A stretch of 64,000 bases of DNA from an uncultured Chloroflexia bacterium (GCA_963813335.1 CAWEYL010000001.1:352001-416000), one strand, 5' to 3'; positions 1 to 10,020 are shown, counted from the first letter of the stretch. Notes: generated by a model not told the origin, from the letters alone. Numbers and translations: made by a program.

Positions 1-790
1 CCCCGGCCCGCCGGACGAGAACCTGGTGCTGCGCGCCGTGGCCGCGACGCGGACCGCCGTCGGCGGCGGGCATCCGGGCGGCCCGGGCCCAGCGCCGGCC
101 GTGGCGATCCGGCTGGAGAAGCTGATCCCCGTGGCCGCCGGGCTGGGCGGCGGCTCGTCCGACGCGGCGGCGGCCATCGACGGCGTCCTCGAGGCATGGG
201 GCGCGGAGCTCGCGCCCGAGACGCGCTCGGCCGTGGCCGCGGCCGTCGGGTCGGACGTGCCCTTCTTCCTGGCCGGCGGCCCGGCCCTCGTCGAAGGACG
301 CGGCGAGCGCGTCGCCCCGCTCCACGGCCTGCGCGGCGCGCCGGGCGTCCTCCTCGTGACGCCGTCGATCGCGCTGCCGACCGCCGAGGTCTTCGCCGTC
401 TTCGCCGCGCTCCGCGGCGCCGGCGACGGCTCGGTGCTGATGAGCTCGACCCATTGCGCGGAGGAGCTGCGCTCGGGCCTGTCGGCGTCCGACCTCGTGG
501 CCAGGGCCGGCGTCCTCGCGATGGCCAACGACCTGTTCCCGGCGGCCGCGGCGATCGTGCCGAGCCTCGTGCCCCTCCGCCGCGCCCTGAGCCGGCTGCT
601 CGGGCAGCCGATCGGGCTGTCCGGCTCGGGGCCGACCCTCTGGGCGCTCTATCCTTCAGGTCCCGAGGCCGCCGCCGCGGCGTCGGTCGTGGACCAGGCC
701 ATCGGGGCCGGACGCCTCCCGGCGCCCGGAGCGGACCGCCCATTCGTCGCCGCGACGACGATCCTCGCCAGCACGGAGAGCCAGCCATGA
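1..790 (+). CDS. ispE: 4-diphosphocytidyl-2-C-methyl-D-erythritol kinase (5' truncated by window edge)
   Basis: GHMP motif KLIPVAAGLGGGSSDAAA, GSDVPFF, GRGE, LSGSGPT; frame open from base 2 (PDENLVLRA). Confidence 0.95.
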   Translation, partial: PGPPDENLVLRAVAATRTAVGGGHPGGPGPAPAVAIRLEKLIPVAAGLGGGSSDAAAAIDGVLEAWGAELAPETRSAVAAAVGSDVPFFLAGGPALVEGRGERVAPLHGLRGAPGVLLVTPSIALPTAEVFAVFAALRGAGDGSVLMSSTHCAEELRSGLSASDLVARAGVLAMANDLFPAAAAIVPSLVPLRRALSRLLGQPIGLSGSGPTLWALYPSGPEAAAAASVVDQAIGAGRLPAPGADRPFVAATTILASTESQP

Positions 791-1179
791 GTCGATCGGC
801 CATCGCGACCAGTTCGGCCCCGAACGCCGTCGGGCCGTACAGCCAGGCCATCGTGGCTGGCGACTTCGTGTTCTGCTCCGGGCAGGGCGCGATCGACGCC
901 GCCACCAACGAGATGCGGCATGGCACGATCGAGGAGGAGACCCGCGTCACGCTCAAGAACATCGGCGGCCTGCTCGACGCCGCCGGGGTCGGGTTCGCCG
1001 ACGTCGTCAAGAGCACGGTCTTCCTCGTGGACATGGACGACTTCGCCGCGATGAACGCGATCTACGCCGCGGCCTTCCCCGACCCGCCGCCGGCCCGCTC
1101 GACCGTGGCGGTGGCCGCCCTGCCGAAGGGCTTCAAGGTGGAGATCGAGGTCGTCGCCTACAAGCCGCGGGCCGGTTGA
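787..1179 (+). CDS. ridA: RidA/YjgF family reactive intermediate deaminase
   Basis: APNAVGPYSQA, FCSGQ, PARSTVAVAALP, VEIE; ATGA overlap with ispE stop. Confidence 0.92.
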   Translation: MSRSAIATSSAPNAVGPYSQAIVAGDFVFCSGQGAIDAATNEMRHGTIEEETRVTLKNIGGLLDAAGVGFADVVKSTVFLVDMDDFAAMNAIYAAAFPDPPPARSTVAVAALPKGFKVEIEVVAYKPRAG

Positions 1180-2639
1180 CACCCCGAACGAGCCGCCCAT
1201 ACGATGCCGCCACCCTGCTGATGACTGCCCACCCATCCGATCCGGATCCGCCATCCGGGCCGGTCGCCGTCGTGATGGCGGCCGGGCTCGGGACGCGCAT
1301 GCGGTCGCCGCTCCCCAAGGTCCTCCACCCGATGTGCGGCCGGCCCATGCTCGCCTACGTCCTCGACGCGTGGGCGACGACCGCGGACGGCGCCGCCGGC
1401 GGACCGCCGGTGGTCGTCTACTCGCCGCCGGTGGCCGCGATCACCGAGGCGTTCGCCGGCCAGGCTGCGTTCGCCCTCCAGGCCGAGCCGCGCGGCACGG
1501 GCGATGCGGTCCGCGCCGCGCTGGCCGCTGTCCCCGAGGCCGCGACGGAGGTCGTCGTGCTGTCGGGCGACGTCCCGCTCGTCACCGGGTCCGACCTCGA
1601 GGCCGTCATCGAGGCGCGTCGGGCCGACGACGCGGCGATCGCCCTGGCCAGCGTGTTCGCGGCCGACCCGGCGGCGCTCGGGCGCGTGGTCCGTGGCGAC
1701 TTCGGGACCGTCGAGCGGATCGTCGAGGCGAAGGACGCCACGCCCGAGGAGCTCGAGGGCAACGAGATCAACGTGGGGCTCTACGCGTTCGACGCCGCCT
1801 GGCTGCGGCGGCGGATCGAGACCCTCGAGCCGTCGAGCGCCACCGGCGAGCTGTACCTCACGGACCTGGTCCGGCTCGCCCGGGAGGACGGCCGCATCGT
1901 GGCGGCGGTCGGCTTCGAGGACGACGGCCGGTTCGACGGCATCAACGACCGCAACCAGCTGGCGGCCGCCGAGTGGAGCCTGCGGGTCCGGCTCAACGAG
2001 GCCCACATGCGGGCCGGCGTGACGATGCGCGACCCGTCCACCGCCTACATCGACTGGACGGTGGACCTCGCCGCCGACGTGACCATCGAGCCCAACGTCA
2101 TCCTCCGCGGCACCACGACGGTCGGGGCCGGCAGCGTCATCGGCGCGGGCAGCCAGCTGATCGACACGACGGTCGGGGAGCGCGTCCAGGTCTGGGCCAG
2201 CATCGCCGAATCGTCGGTCATCGAGGACGAGGCCACGGTCGGGCCGTTCAGCCACCTGCGGGCGGGCAGCGTCATCGGCCGCGGCGCCCAGGTGGGCAAC
2301 TACGCGGAACTCAAGAACTCGCGCCTCGGCGCGAGGTCGAAGCAGCACCACATGAGCTATCTCGGCGACGCCCAGCTGGGCGAGGGCGTCAACGTCGGGG
2401 CGGGCACGATCACGGCCAACTACGACGGCACGCGCAAGCACAGGACCACGGTCGGCGACGGGGCGTTCCTCGGCGTCGACACGATGCTCGTCGCCCCGAT
2501 CGAGGTCGGGGAGGGGGCCCGGACCGGCGCCGGCGCCGTGGTCACCCACGACGTGCCCGCCGGCAAGCTGGCGGTCGGGGTGCCGGCGCGCATCCGCGAG
2601 CCCAGGGCCAAACCCGCCGGAGGGAGCCCCGAGGGGTGA
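1176..2639 (+). CDS. glmU: Bifunctional UDP-GlcNAc pyrophosphorylase/glucosamine-1-P acetyltransferase (start may be ATG 1221)
   Basis: MAAGLGTRMRSPLPKVLH, GTGDAV, hexapeptide repeats, HMSYLGDA, NYDG. Confidence 0.96.
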   Translation: MTPRTSRPYDAATLLMTAHPSDPDPPSGPVAVVMAAGLGTRMRSPLPKVLHPMCGRPMLAYVLDAWATTADGAAGGPPVVVYSPPVAAITEAFAGQAAFALQAEPRGTGDAVRAALAAVPEAATEVVVLSGDVPLVTGSDLEAVIEARRADDAAIALASVFAADPAALGRVVRGDFGTVERIVEAKDATPEELEGNEINVGLYAFDAAWLRRRIETLEPSSATGELYLTDLVRLAREDGRIVAAVGFEDDGRFDGINDRNQLAAAEWSLRVRLNEAHMRAGVTMRDPSTAYIDWTVDLAADVTIEPNVILRGTTTVGAGSVIGAGSQLIDTTVGERVQVWASIAESSVIEDEATVGPFSHLRAGSVIGRGAQVGNYAELKNSRLGARSKQHHMSYLGDAQLGEGVNVGAGTITANYDGTRKHRTTVGDGAFLGVDTMLVAPIEVGEGARTGAGAVVTHDVPAGKLAVGVPARIREPRAKPAGGSPEG

Positions 2640-3970
2640 GCGTCCCGTTCGGCGAGCTGCTGGTCATCGTCATCCTGACCGTCTTCGAGGGATTCTTCGT
2701 CGCCGCCGAGATCGCCCTGGTCTCCATCCGGCGCAGCCGGGTCGAGCAGCTGGCCGAGGAGGGCAGCCAGGGCGCCAGGCGCGTCCGCCGGTTGCTCGAC
2801 GAACCCGGGCGCTTCCTGGCCGTCTGCCAGCTCGGCCTGACGTTCATCGGGTTCTTCGCCTCGGCCTACGCGGCGATCAGCCTGTCGGACCAGCTGACCA
2901 CGCTGTTGGTCAGCGCCGGCATGGCGGAGGGGACGGCGTCGGGGATCGCGCTCCTGATCGTCACGATCCTGCTGTCGCTCTTCACGATCATCTTCGCCGA
3001 GCTCGTCCCCAAGACCCTCGCGCTCGCCCACGCGGAGCGGTTCGCCATCACCCTGTCGCTGCCCATCGACTTCCTCGGCCGGGCGCTCCGGCCGGTGATC
3101 GCCTTCCTGACCTGGACCACCAGCGGCATCGTCCGGCTCTTCGGCGCGGAGGTCTCGAGCGACGCCCAGATCACGGCCCAGGAGCTGCGCCTGATCGTGG
3201 AGCGGGGCGGCGAGCAGGGGATCCTCGAGGCGGAGGAGGAGCAGATGATCAACGCGGTCATCGAGCTCGGCGACCAGCGCGTCCATGAGGTCATGGTCCC
3301 GCGCATCCACATGGTCACCCTCACCGCGGACGCGACCCTCGACGACGCGATCGACAAGGTCATCGACGAGGGCCACAGCCGGATCCCGGCCTACGAGGGC
3401 ACGATCGACGAGATCGTCGGGATCCTGTACGCGAAGGACCTCCTGCCGTTCCTCAAGGGCTCGGTGAGCGAGCGACCGTCGCTCCGCTCGATCCTGCGGA
3501 CACCGGTCTTCGTGCCCGAGTCGATGAGCGTCGACGACCTCCTCCACGAGCTGCAACGGCGCAAGGTCCACCTCGCGGTCGTGCTCGATGAGTACGGCGG
3601 CACCGCTGGCCTGGTGACCATCGAGGACCTCCTCGAGGAGATCGTCGGCGAGATCCAGGACGAGTACGACGAGGAGGAGCCGCTCATCGTGCGGATCTCC
3701 GACGACGAGGCGCGCATCGACGGGCGGGCGGCGGTCGACGACCTCGAGGAGCTGTTCGACACCTCGCTCGGGCTCGACGACGAGGACCAGTACGACACCG
3801 TCGGCGGACTCATCTACCACCGCATCGGCGGTGTCCCGAAGCCGGGCGACCGGGTCAGCGTCGACGGGTTGACGCTGACGGTCGAGACGACCGACGGCAA
3901 GCGCGTGGGCAAGGTCCTCGCCGTGCGCGAGCCGCGTGACGGGCACGGCGACGACGAGGACGACCGGTAG
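2636..3970 (+). CDS. Hemolysin/CNNM (HlyC/CorC) family membrane protein with CBS pair
   Basis: FFVAAEIALVS, FAELVPK, VMVPR, HSRIP, DEYGGTAGLVTIEDLLEEIVGEIQDEYD; GTGA overlap with glmU. Confidence 0.93.
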   Translation: MSVPFGELLVIVILTVFEGFFVAAEIALVSIRRSRVEQLAEEGSQGARRVRRLLDEPGRFLAVCQLGLTFIGFFASAYAAISLSDQLTTLLVSAGMAEGTASGIALLIVTILLSLFTIIFAELVPKTLALAHAERFAITLSLPIDFLGRALRPVIAFLTWTTSGIVRLFGAEVSSDAQITAQELRLIVERGGEQGILEAEEEQMINAVIELGDQRVHEVMVPRIHMVTLTADATLDDAIDKVIDEGHSRIPAYEGTIDEIVGILYAKDLLPFLKGSVSERPSLRSILRTPVFVPESMSVDDLLHELQRRKVHLAVVLDEYGGTAGLVTIEDLLEEIVGEIQDEYDEEEPLIVRISDDEARIDGRAAVDDLEELFDTSLGLDDEDQYDTVGGLIYHRIGGVPKPGDRVSVDGLTLTVETTDGKRVGKVLAVREPRDGHGDDEDDR

Positions 3971-4740
3971 ACCTGCCGCCGGTCGGCGACCCGCTGCGGT
4001 TCACGACCATCGCTCACGGGCAGCGGTCGAGCCTGGGCCCGGTCTCGGCCGAACGGCTCGAGGCGCTCAGTGGGCGGCTGGCCCTGGCGCCTGGCGCGCG
4101 GGTCGTGGAGCTCGGGTCGGGGAAGGCGGCGCTGCTCATCCGGCTGCTCCGCCGCTGGCCGGGTGCCGGTGCCGAGGGATTCGAGCGCAACCGCTGGTTC
4201 ATGGCCGAGGCCCGCACCGCCGCCGAGGAGGCGGGCGTCGCGGGCCGCCTCTCGCTGGTCGACACCGATTCGCCGGGTGTCCTCCTGGCCGGGCGCTCGG
4301 TCGACCTCGCGATCGCGATGGGCGCGACCGGGATCGTCGGGGAGCAGGCGGAGACGATCGCGTTCCTTGCCTCGATCGTCGGCCCGGGCGGGCAGGTCGT
4401 GTTCGGCGACGGCGCCTGGCAGGCCGAGCCGGACCCCGAGGGTCTCGCGGCGTTCGGCATGGCCCGTGACGAGCTGGCCGATGGCGCTGACGGGTTCGCC
4501 GACCTGGGCCGGGCGGCCGGCCTGGAGCCCGTCACGGTCGAGCTCGTCTCGACCGGGGAGTGGGACGAGTACGAATTGGCGTATGCGGGCGCGATCGACG
4601 CGTGGGCCGCGGCGAACCCGGACGACCCGGAGCGTGCCGCGTTCCTGGCCCGCGCCGCCGCGATGCGCGCGAGCTATGCCGCGTGGCGCCGCGCGTCGAT
4701 GGGCTTCGCGATCGGGGTGTTCCGGACGCCTGGCGGCTGA
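3967..4740 (+). CDS. Class I SAM-dependent methyltransferase (start uncertain)
   Basis: VVELGSGKA motif I; reading frame extends upstream of 4105 (DLPPVGDPLRFTTIAH). Confidence 0.75.
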   Translation, partial: VDLPPVGDPLRFTTIAHGQRSSLGPVSAERLEALSGRLALAPGARVVELGSGKAALLIRLLRRWPGAGAEGFERNRWFMAEARTAAEEAGVAGRLSLVDTDSPGVLLAGRSVDLAIAMGATGIVGEQAETIAFLASIVGPGGQVVFGDGAWQAEPDPEGLAAFGMARDELADGADGFADLGRAAGLEPVTVELVSTGEWDEYELAYAGAIDAWAAANPDDPERAAFLARAAAMRASYAAWRRASMGFAIGVFRTPGG

Positions 4741-5030
4741 ACCGCGGCGCCTCGCGGCCATTGCGCCGCGGCGGTCACCGGCGTTCCTGCCAGATGATCA
4801 TCAGGCGGTCGTTGGTCACCGATCTGGACGGATCCTGATCCTCACCGCGTGGAACCCACGCACGGATCCTCGGGCGCCCGGCCCCAAGGCACGGCAGATG
4901 ACCATCGGGCGATCATCTGGCAGCGCGGGGCTGACCAACGATCGCGTGAGGGACATCTGACGGAAACGGGGTCGGGCCACGGGCCACGCGCCGGGCGCCG
5001 CATCCTCGCGGCCACTGAACCGCGGCGGTC
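4737..5030. repeat. Cluster of three 25-bp palindromic units bounded by ~27-bp direct repeats
   Basis: CAGATGATC-N7-GGTCGTTGG (4791-4815), CAGATGACC-N7-GATCATCTG (4895-4919), CCAACGATC-N7-GGACATCTG (4935-4959); CCTCGCGGCCA-N5-CCGCGGCGGTC at 4750 and 5004. Confidence 0.75.
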
Positions 5031-5033
5031 GGC

Positions 5034-6056
5034 CTAGGCGTCGATGGCGGCGACGATGATCTGCTCGAGCCGGTTCCGCGCGGCGGCGCCCAGCACGCCC
5101 GCGCCATCGAGCTCGGCCAGCGCTTCGTCGCGGTGGCGGCGGGCCTGCTCGCGGGTGTACTCGCGGGCGCCCGTCCGCTCGAGGATGGCCACGATCTCGG
5201 CGACCTCCTCCGGCGTTCGATCCGGCGCCGCGTACAGCGCCTCCAGCCGGGCCCGATCCTCGGGGCCGGCCATCTCGTGCGCGTAGATGACCGGGAGCGT
5301 CTGCTTGCGGTGGGCGACGTCCGAGGCTTCCTTGCCGGTGGCACGCTCCGCGCCCCAGATGCCGAGCAGGTCGTCGTTGACCTGGAAGGCCAGGCCGAGG
5401 GCCCAGCCGAAGCCGCGATACCGGGCGATGACGGCCTCGTCGTCGGTGGCCAGGAGCGCCCCGGCCTCGATCGAGGCGGCGATGAGCGCCGCGGTCTTGC
5501 GGCCGATCATGTCGAAATAGCCGTCGACCGTCATGAGCTCGTTGGAGCCGCTCGCCGCGATGTCGAGGTACTGGCCCTCGCACAGCGCGAGGCACGTCTC
5601 GTCGAAGAGGCGCATCAGGCGCAGGACCTTGGCGTCCGAGAAGCCAAGGTCCGACAGCCGATGGAGCGCGATGCGCGAGAGGCTGAACAGCGTGTCGCCG
5701 GCGTTGATGGCCTGCGGCACCCCGTGCACCGTCCAGAGCGTGGGGCGGTGGCGGCGTTCGACGTCGCCGTCCTCGATGTCGTCGTGGACCAGGCTGAAGT
5801 TGTGCCCGAGCTCCACGGCGGCAGCACCCGGCAGCGCGCGCGCGTGCTCACCCGTGATCGAGGCGTACGCCAGGAGGCCGAGGAGCGGCCGGATCCGCTT
5901 GCCGCCGGACGCCCCCGACCCGTCGAGCGCGAGGTGGTAGCGGACCATCTCGTACAGCCCGTGGGTGGACGGATCCCGATCGGCGACCAGCCGGAGGATC
6001 TCACCCTCGGTGTCGGCGATCAGCTGATCGAGGTCGATGTCGGTCGAGGTCGTCAT
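5034..6056 (-). CDS. Polyprenyl diphosphate synthase (GGPP synthase type)
   Basis: GGKRIRP, HNFSLVHDDIEDGD..RR, GQYLD, KTAAL, FQVNDD. Confidence 0.93.
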   Translation of the reverse strand: MTTSTDIDLDQLIADTEGEILRLVADRDPSTHGLYEMVRYHLALDGSGASGGKRIRPLLGLLAYASITGEHARALPGAAAVELGHNFSLVHDDIEDGDVERRHRPTLWTVHGVPQAINAGDTLFSLSRIALHRLSDLGFSDAKVLRLMRLFDETCLALCEGQYLDIAASGSNELMTVDGYFDMIGRKTAALIAASIEAGALLATDDEAVIARYRGFGWALGLAFQVNDDLLGIWGAERATGKEASDVAHRKQTLPVIYAHEMAGPEDRARLEALYAAPDRTPEEVAEIVAILERTGAREYTREQARRHRDEALAELDGAGVLGAAARNRLEQIIVAAIDA

Positions 6057-6269
6057 CGTCGGTCGAGTGTACACGAAACGTGCGCGCCCGAGGTAGCAGA
6101 TAGTGCCGGACCCGGCGGCGGGTGGGCTGCGGTGGACGATGCCGCCTGCGGTGCGACGCCGGCGCGGGGGACGCGACCGCACCGGCGTCTACCAGCGATA
6201 CGCGGGTCGGCCGGGATCGGATGCGCCGGCCCGCAGATGGGTCCGCGCATCGGTGGTACCGTCGCCCCG

Positions 6270-7044
6270 ATGCCCATCCCGCGCCGCTACACGACCGAGG
6301 CCATCGTCCTCTCGCGCTTCGACCTGGGCGAGGCGGACCGCGTGCTGACGCTGATCACGCCGGGGGTCGGCAAGCTCAAAGCGATCGCCAAGGGGATCCG
6401 CCGGCCCACCTCGCGCCTCGGCGGCAGCCTCGAGCCGTTCGCCGAGCTGACCGTGGCGCTCGCCCGCGGCCGCACGTTCGACGTCGTCACCCAGGTCAGC
6501 GTGGGCCATGCCTGGCTCCACCTGCGCGACTCGCTCGAGGGCGCGGCCACGGCGTGGTACCTCGCCGAGCTGGCCGACCGCTCCCTCGAGGAGCGCCACG
6601 CGGCCGAGCCGCTCTACGCCCTGCTCCGCCGGGCCTACGAGCTGCTGGACGGCGGGATGGCCCCCGGCCGGGTGGCGCGCTGGTACGAGATGCACCTGCT
6701 CGACGAGCTGGGCAGCCGCCCCGAGGTGGACCGTTGCGTCGAGTGCGACCGGGTCCTGGAGTCCGAGGAGCGGTTCCGCTGGGTGCCGCCGCTGGGCGGC
6801 GTCGTCTGCGAGCGCTGCCCCGGACCGCCGCACGACCGGACCCGGCTCAGCCTCGAGGCGCTCAAGCTGGTCAAGGCCTACCAGCGGCTCGACATCGAGG
6901 CGCTCGCCGAACTGCGCCTGGCCCCCGCCGTCGAGCGCGAGGTCGAGGTCGGCGCTGCGCGAGTTCGTCCGCAACGTCCTCGAACGCGAGGCGCGCTCGC
7001 TGCCGTTCCTCGATGAGGTCCGTCACGTCCCGGTCCCGGGCTGA
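6270..7044 (+). CDS. recO: DNA repair protein RecO (one frameshift near 6950)
   Basis: EAIVLSRFDLGEADRVL, AIAKGIRR, CVEC..CERC zinc finger; C-terminus continues in another frame (LREFVRNVLERE). Confidence 0.9.
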
Positions 7045-7145
7045 TGGCGGCCGTGGAGCTGCGCGACATCGCGACCGACGCCGACCGGGCGGCCGCCGTC
7101 GTGCTCGAGGTTGCCCCGGGCCAGGACCAGCAGGAGGCGTCATGA
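7044..7145 (+). pseudogene. 33-aa mini-ORF resembling the N-terminus of a GNAT (spermidine-type) acetyltransferase
   Basis: MAAVELRDIATDADRAAAVVLEVAPGQDQQEAS*; overlaps recO stop and next ATG. Confidence 0.45.
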
Positions 7146-7564
7146 AGGCACTCGACCCGACCAGTCCCGCCGGCGCCCGGATCTCGGAGCGCCTGGAGAC
7201 CGATCTCACCGGTTGGCTGACCACGGTCAACCCGGACGGCCAGCCGCAGAGCTCGGTCATCTGGTTCAAGTGGGCGGACGGGGTGATCACGGTCTACTCG
7301 AACAAGCGTGCGGCCCGGAACGGCAACATCGCGGATCGGCCGCTGGTCTCGTTCAACCTCGACACCGAGGACCACGGCGACGCGTACGTGACCATCGAGG
7401 CCGAGGCACGGTTCGACCCCGACGCCGGGCCGGCGTCGACCGACCCGGTCTTCACCGCGAAGTACGCGGCGATGATCGCGAGCTACGGCTGGGAGCCCAG
7501 CTGGTACGACAGCGAGTACCCCGTCGTGATCCGGATCACCCCGACGCGCTGGCGCGTCGCCTGA
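7142..7564 (+). CDS. PPOX-class (pyridoxamine 5'-phosphate oxidase-like) putative F420-dependent oxidoreductase
   Basis: WLTTVNPDGQPQSSVIWF, NIADRPLVSFNL, IRITPTRWR. Confidence 0.85.
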   Translation: MKALDPTSPAGARISERLETDLTGWLTTVNPDGQPQSSVIWFKWADGVITVYSNKRAARNGNIADRPLVSFNLDTEDHGDAYVTIEAEARFDPDAGPASTDPVFTAKYAAMIASYGWEPSWYDSEYPVVIRITPTRWRVA

Positions 7565-7580
7565 GCGGGGAGGGCCGACC

Positions 7581-8768
7581 ATGGCATCCCGGGCGCTGAA
7601 CGCGGCGGTCGTGACCACGGCGGTCGGGGTGACCGCGGCGGCGGCCGCGCGCGTGGCCGGCCGACGGCTGGTGGCACGGACCGAGCGGCGGCTCTGCCCG
7701 AACCCCACGGTCGGCCGCTATCCCGCCACGGAACGCGCGCGCGCCCTGCACGAGACGCTCGGCGTGGTCGACCTCCACGCCGATTCGCTGCTGTGGGGCC
7801 GCGACCTTCTGGAGCGCGGCGACCGCGGGCATGTAGACGTCCCGCGCCTGATCGAGGGGAACGTGGCCCTCCAGGTCTTTGCCGCGAGCACCAAGTCCCC
7901 GCGCCACCTCAACATCGACCGCAACGACGACACGAGCGACGACATCATCCTGCTGGCGATCGGCTCCGGCTGGCCGCCGCGGACCTGGCGGAGCCTCCTC
8001 GCCCGGGCGCTCCACATGGCGTCGCGAGCCGACGCGATGGCGCGCCGCTCCGACGGCCGTCTCACGATCATCCGCTCACAGGCCGACCTCGCCGCGCACC
8101 TCGCGGCGCGCGGGCCGAACTGGCCGGTCACCGCCGGGTTGCTCGCGATCGAGGGCGCCCACGCGCTCGACGACGATCCGGCCAACGTCGAGGTCGTCGC
8201 CGACGCGGGCTACCGGATGATGTCGCCGAGCCATTTCTTCGACACCGCCTTCGGCGGCTCCGCGCACGGCATCGAGAAGGGCGGCCTCACGCCCGCCGGC
8301 CGCGAGATGATCGAGCGCATGGAGGCCCGCGGCATGCTGGTCGACGTCGCCCACGCCTCGGCCGCCACCGTCGATGACGTCCTCGCGATGTCGACCCGGC
8401 CGGTGGTCGCCTCGCACACCGGCGCCCGCGGCATCGCCGACAACGCCCGGAACCTCTCCGACGAGCACCTGCGCGGCATCGCCGCGAGCGGCGGCCTCGT
8501 CGGCATCGGCTTCTGGCCGACCGCCTGCGGTGGCGACGACGCGGCCTCGATCGCCCGCTCGATCCGTTACGCCGTCGACGTCGCCGGCGTCGAGCACGTC
8601 GGGCTCGGTTCGGACTTCGATGGCGGCGTGCCGGTCCCGTTCGACGCGACCGGGATGATCCGCATCACCGAGGCGCTGCTCGAGGCGGGCCTCGAGGACG
8701 CCGCCATCGCAAAGGTCATGGGCGGCAACGCCCTCCGCGTCCTCGGCGAGGCACTGCCGGCGGTCTGA
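7581..8768 (+). CDS. Membrane dipeptidase (peptidase M19)
   Basis: DLHADSL, AIEGAH, DVAHAS, ASHTG, GSDFDG, MGGN. Confidence 0.92.
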   Translation: MASRALNAAVVTTAVGVTAAAAARVAGRRLVARTERRLCPNPTVGRYPATERARALHETLGVVDLHADSLLWGRDLLERGDRGHVDVPRLIEGNVALQVFAASTKSPRHLNIDRNDDTSDDIILLAIGSGWPPRTWRSLLARALHMASRADAMARRSDGRLTIIRSQADLAAHLAARGPNWPVTAGLLAIEGAHALDDDPANVEVVADAGYRMMSPSHFFDTAFGGSAHGIEKGGLTPAGREMIERMEARGMLVDVAHASAATVDDVLAMSTRPVVASHTGARGIADNARNLSDEHLRGIAASGGLVGIGFWPTACGGDDAASIARSIRYAVDVAGVEHVGLGSDFDGGVPVPFDATGMIRITEALLEAGLEDAAIAKVMGGNALRVLGEALPAV

Positions 8769-8784
8769 CGGGCCGCCGGGTCGC

Positions 8785-10020
8785 TCAGACGAGCTCGGCG
8801 ATCATCGCCGCCGCCCGGGCCGCGCCGTCCGCCGCGACGGGACGGTAATCGATCTCACGGTCGATCTCGGATGCGATGGCCTCGGCGATCGCATCGGGGT
8901 CCGAGGTCGCGTACTCCATCCGCCGGCCGCCGCCGTAGCGATCGAGCCGATGCGCCACGTGGCGGTTCTGCTCGAAGTGGTTGGCCAGCGGGAAGTAGAG
9001 GAACGGCCGCCGCCCGGCAACGAGCTCCATCGTCGTGGTCAGCCCGCCCTGGACGACCGCCATGTCCGCGGCGATCAGGTGCTGGTAGAGGTCCGGGACG
9101 TAGGCGCGGACCTCGACGCCCGAGGGCGCCCGGAGCGCCGCGGGATCGATCCGTGGCCCGGCTACGGCGATCATCCGGAGGCCCGGGACCCGGCGCGCCG
9201 CCGCCGGGTAGCTCGCGACGACGCGCCGGAGCAGCGCCTCCCCGACGCCCGAGCCCCCGACGGTCACGACCACGACGCGTTCGTCGTCGTGGTAGCCGAG
9301 CTCGCGGCGCAGGCCGTCGCGGTTCGCGACGAGCGCGGAGGGGTCGAAGCCGGTCACGTAGCCGGAGAAGGCGAAATGGCGCTCGGTCCACTCGCGGATC
9401 CGCGGCAGTCCCGGTCCGAACACGTCGGGGACGATGTCCTCCGGGTCGCCCACGAAGATCGCCCGATCGCGTAGTCGAGGGAATCGCTCGATGTGCTCGA
9501 TCATCTCGCCGTTGAGGTCGGCCGTCAGGAACGCCTCGCGCTCGCCGCCGGCGGGCATCGGCAGCCAGCCCACGAAATCGGTCATCCAGGCGAAGGCCGT
9601 CCGCTTGAGCTCCGGGTTCTCGTGGAGGTAGTAGTCGACATCCCACGCCTCGTCGCCGACGACGAGGTCGTATTCGCCAGCCTCGACGACCTCGTGGAAG
9701 ACCATGAAGTTGGCCACGAGGATCTCGTCCATCCGGCGTATCGCCTGGAACGCGTTCAGGTCGTGGCCTGCCGATTCGGCGGCGAAATGGGCGGATTCGC
9801 TCGCGAGCCAGTCACTCGCCGGGTGGACCCGCTCGCCCCGCGCCTCGAGCACGGTCGTGACGGGGTGCTGGGCGAGCCAGTCGATCTCGAGGTCCGGATG
9901 GTGTTTGCGCAGCTCATCGGCGATCGCGACGTCGCGCTGCGCGTGACCCAGTCCGATCGGCGAGGAGAGGTACAAGGCGCGGCGGCGACGCGACAGCGCC
10001 CGGGTCCAGGTCGTGGTCAT
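8785..10020 (-). CDS. GT-B glycosyltransferase (MurG/GT28-like)
   Basis: SSPIGLGHAQRD, VTVGGSGVG, VVQGGLTTTMEL, HFEQ. Confidence 0.85.
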   Translation of the reverse strand: MTTTWTRALSRRRRALYLSSPIGLGHAQRDVAIADELRKHHPDLEIDWLAQHPVTTVLEARGERVHPASDWLASESAHFAAESAGHDLNAFQAIRRMDEILVANFMVFHEVVEAGEYDLVVGDEAWDVDYYLHENPELKRTAFAWMTDFVGWLPMPAGGEREAFLTADLNGEMIEHIERFPRLRDRAIFVGDPEDIVPDVFGPGLPRIREWTERHFAFSGYVTGFDPSALVANRDGLRRELGYHDDERVVVVTVGGSGVGEALLRRVVASYPAAARRVPGLRMIAVAGPRIDPAALRAPSGVEVRAYVPDLYQHLIAADMAVVQGGLTTTMELVAGRRPFLYFPLANHFEQNRHVAHRLDRYGGGRRMEYATSDPDAIAEAIASEIDREIDYRPVAADGAARAAAMIAELV

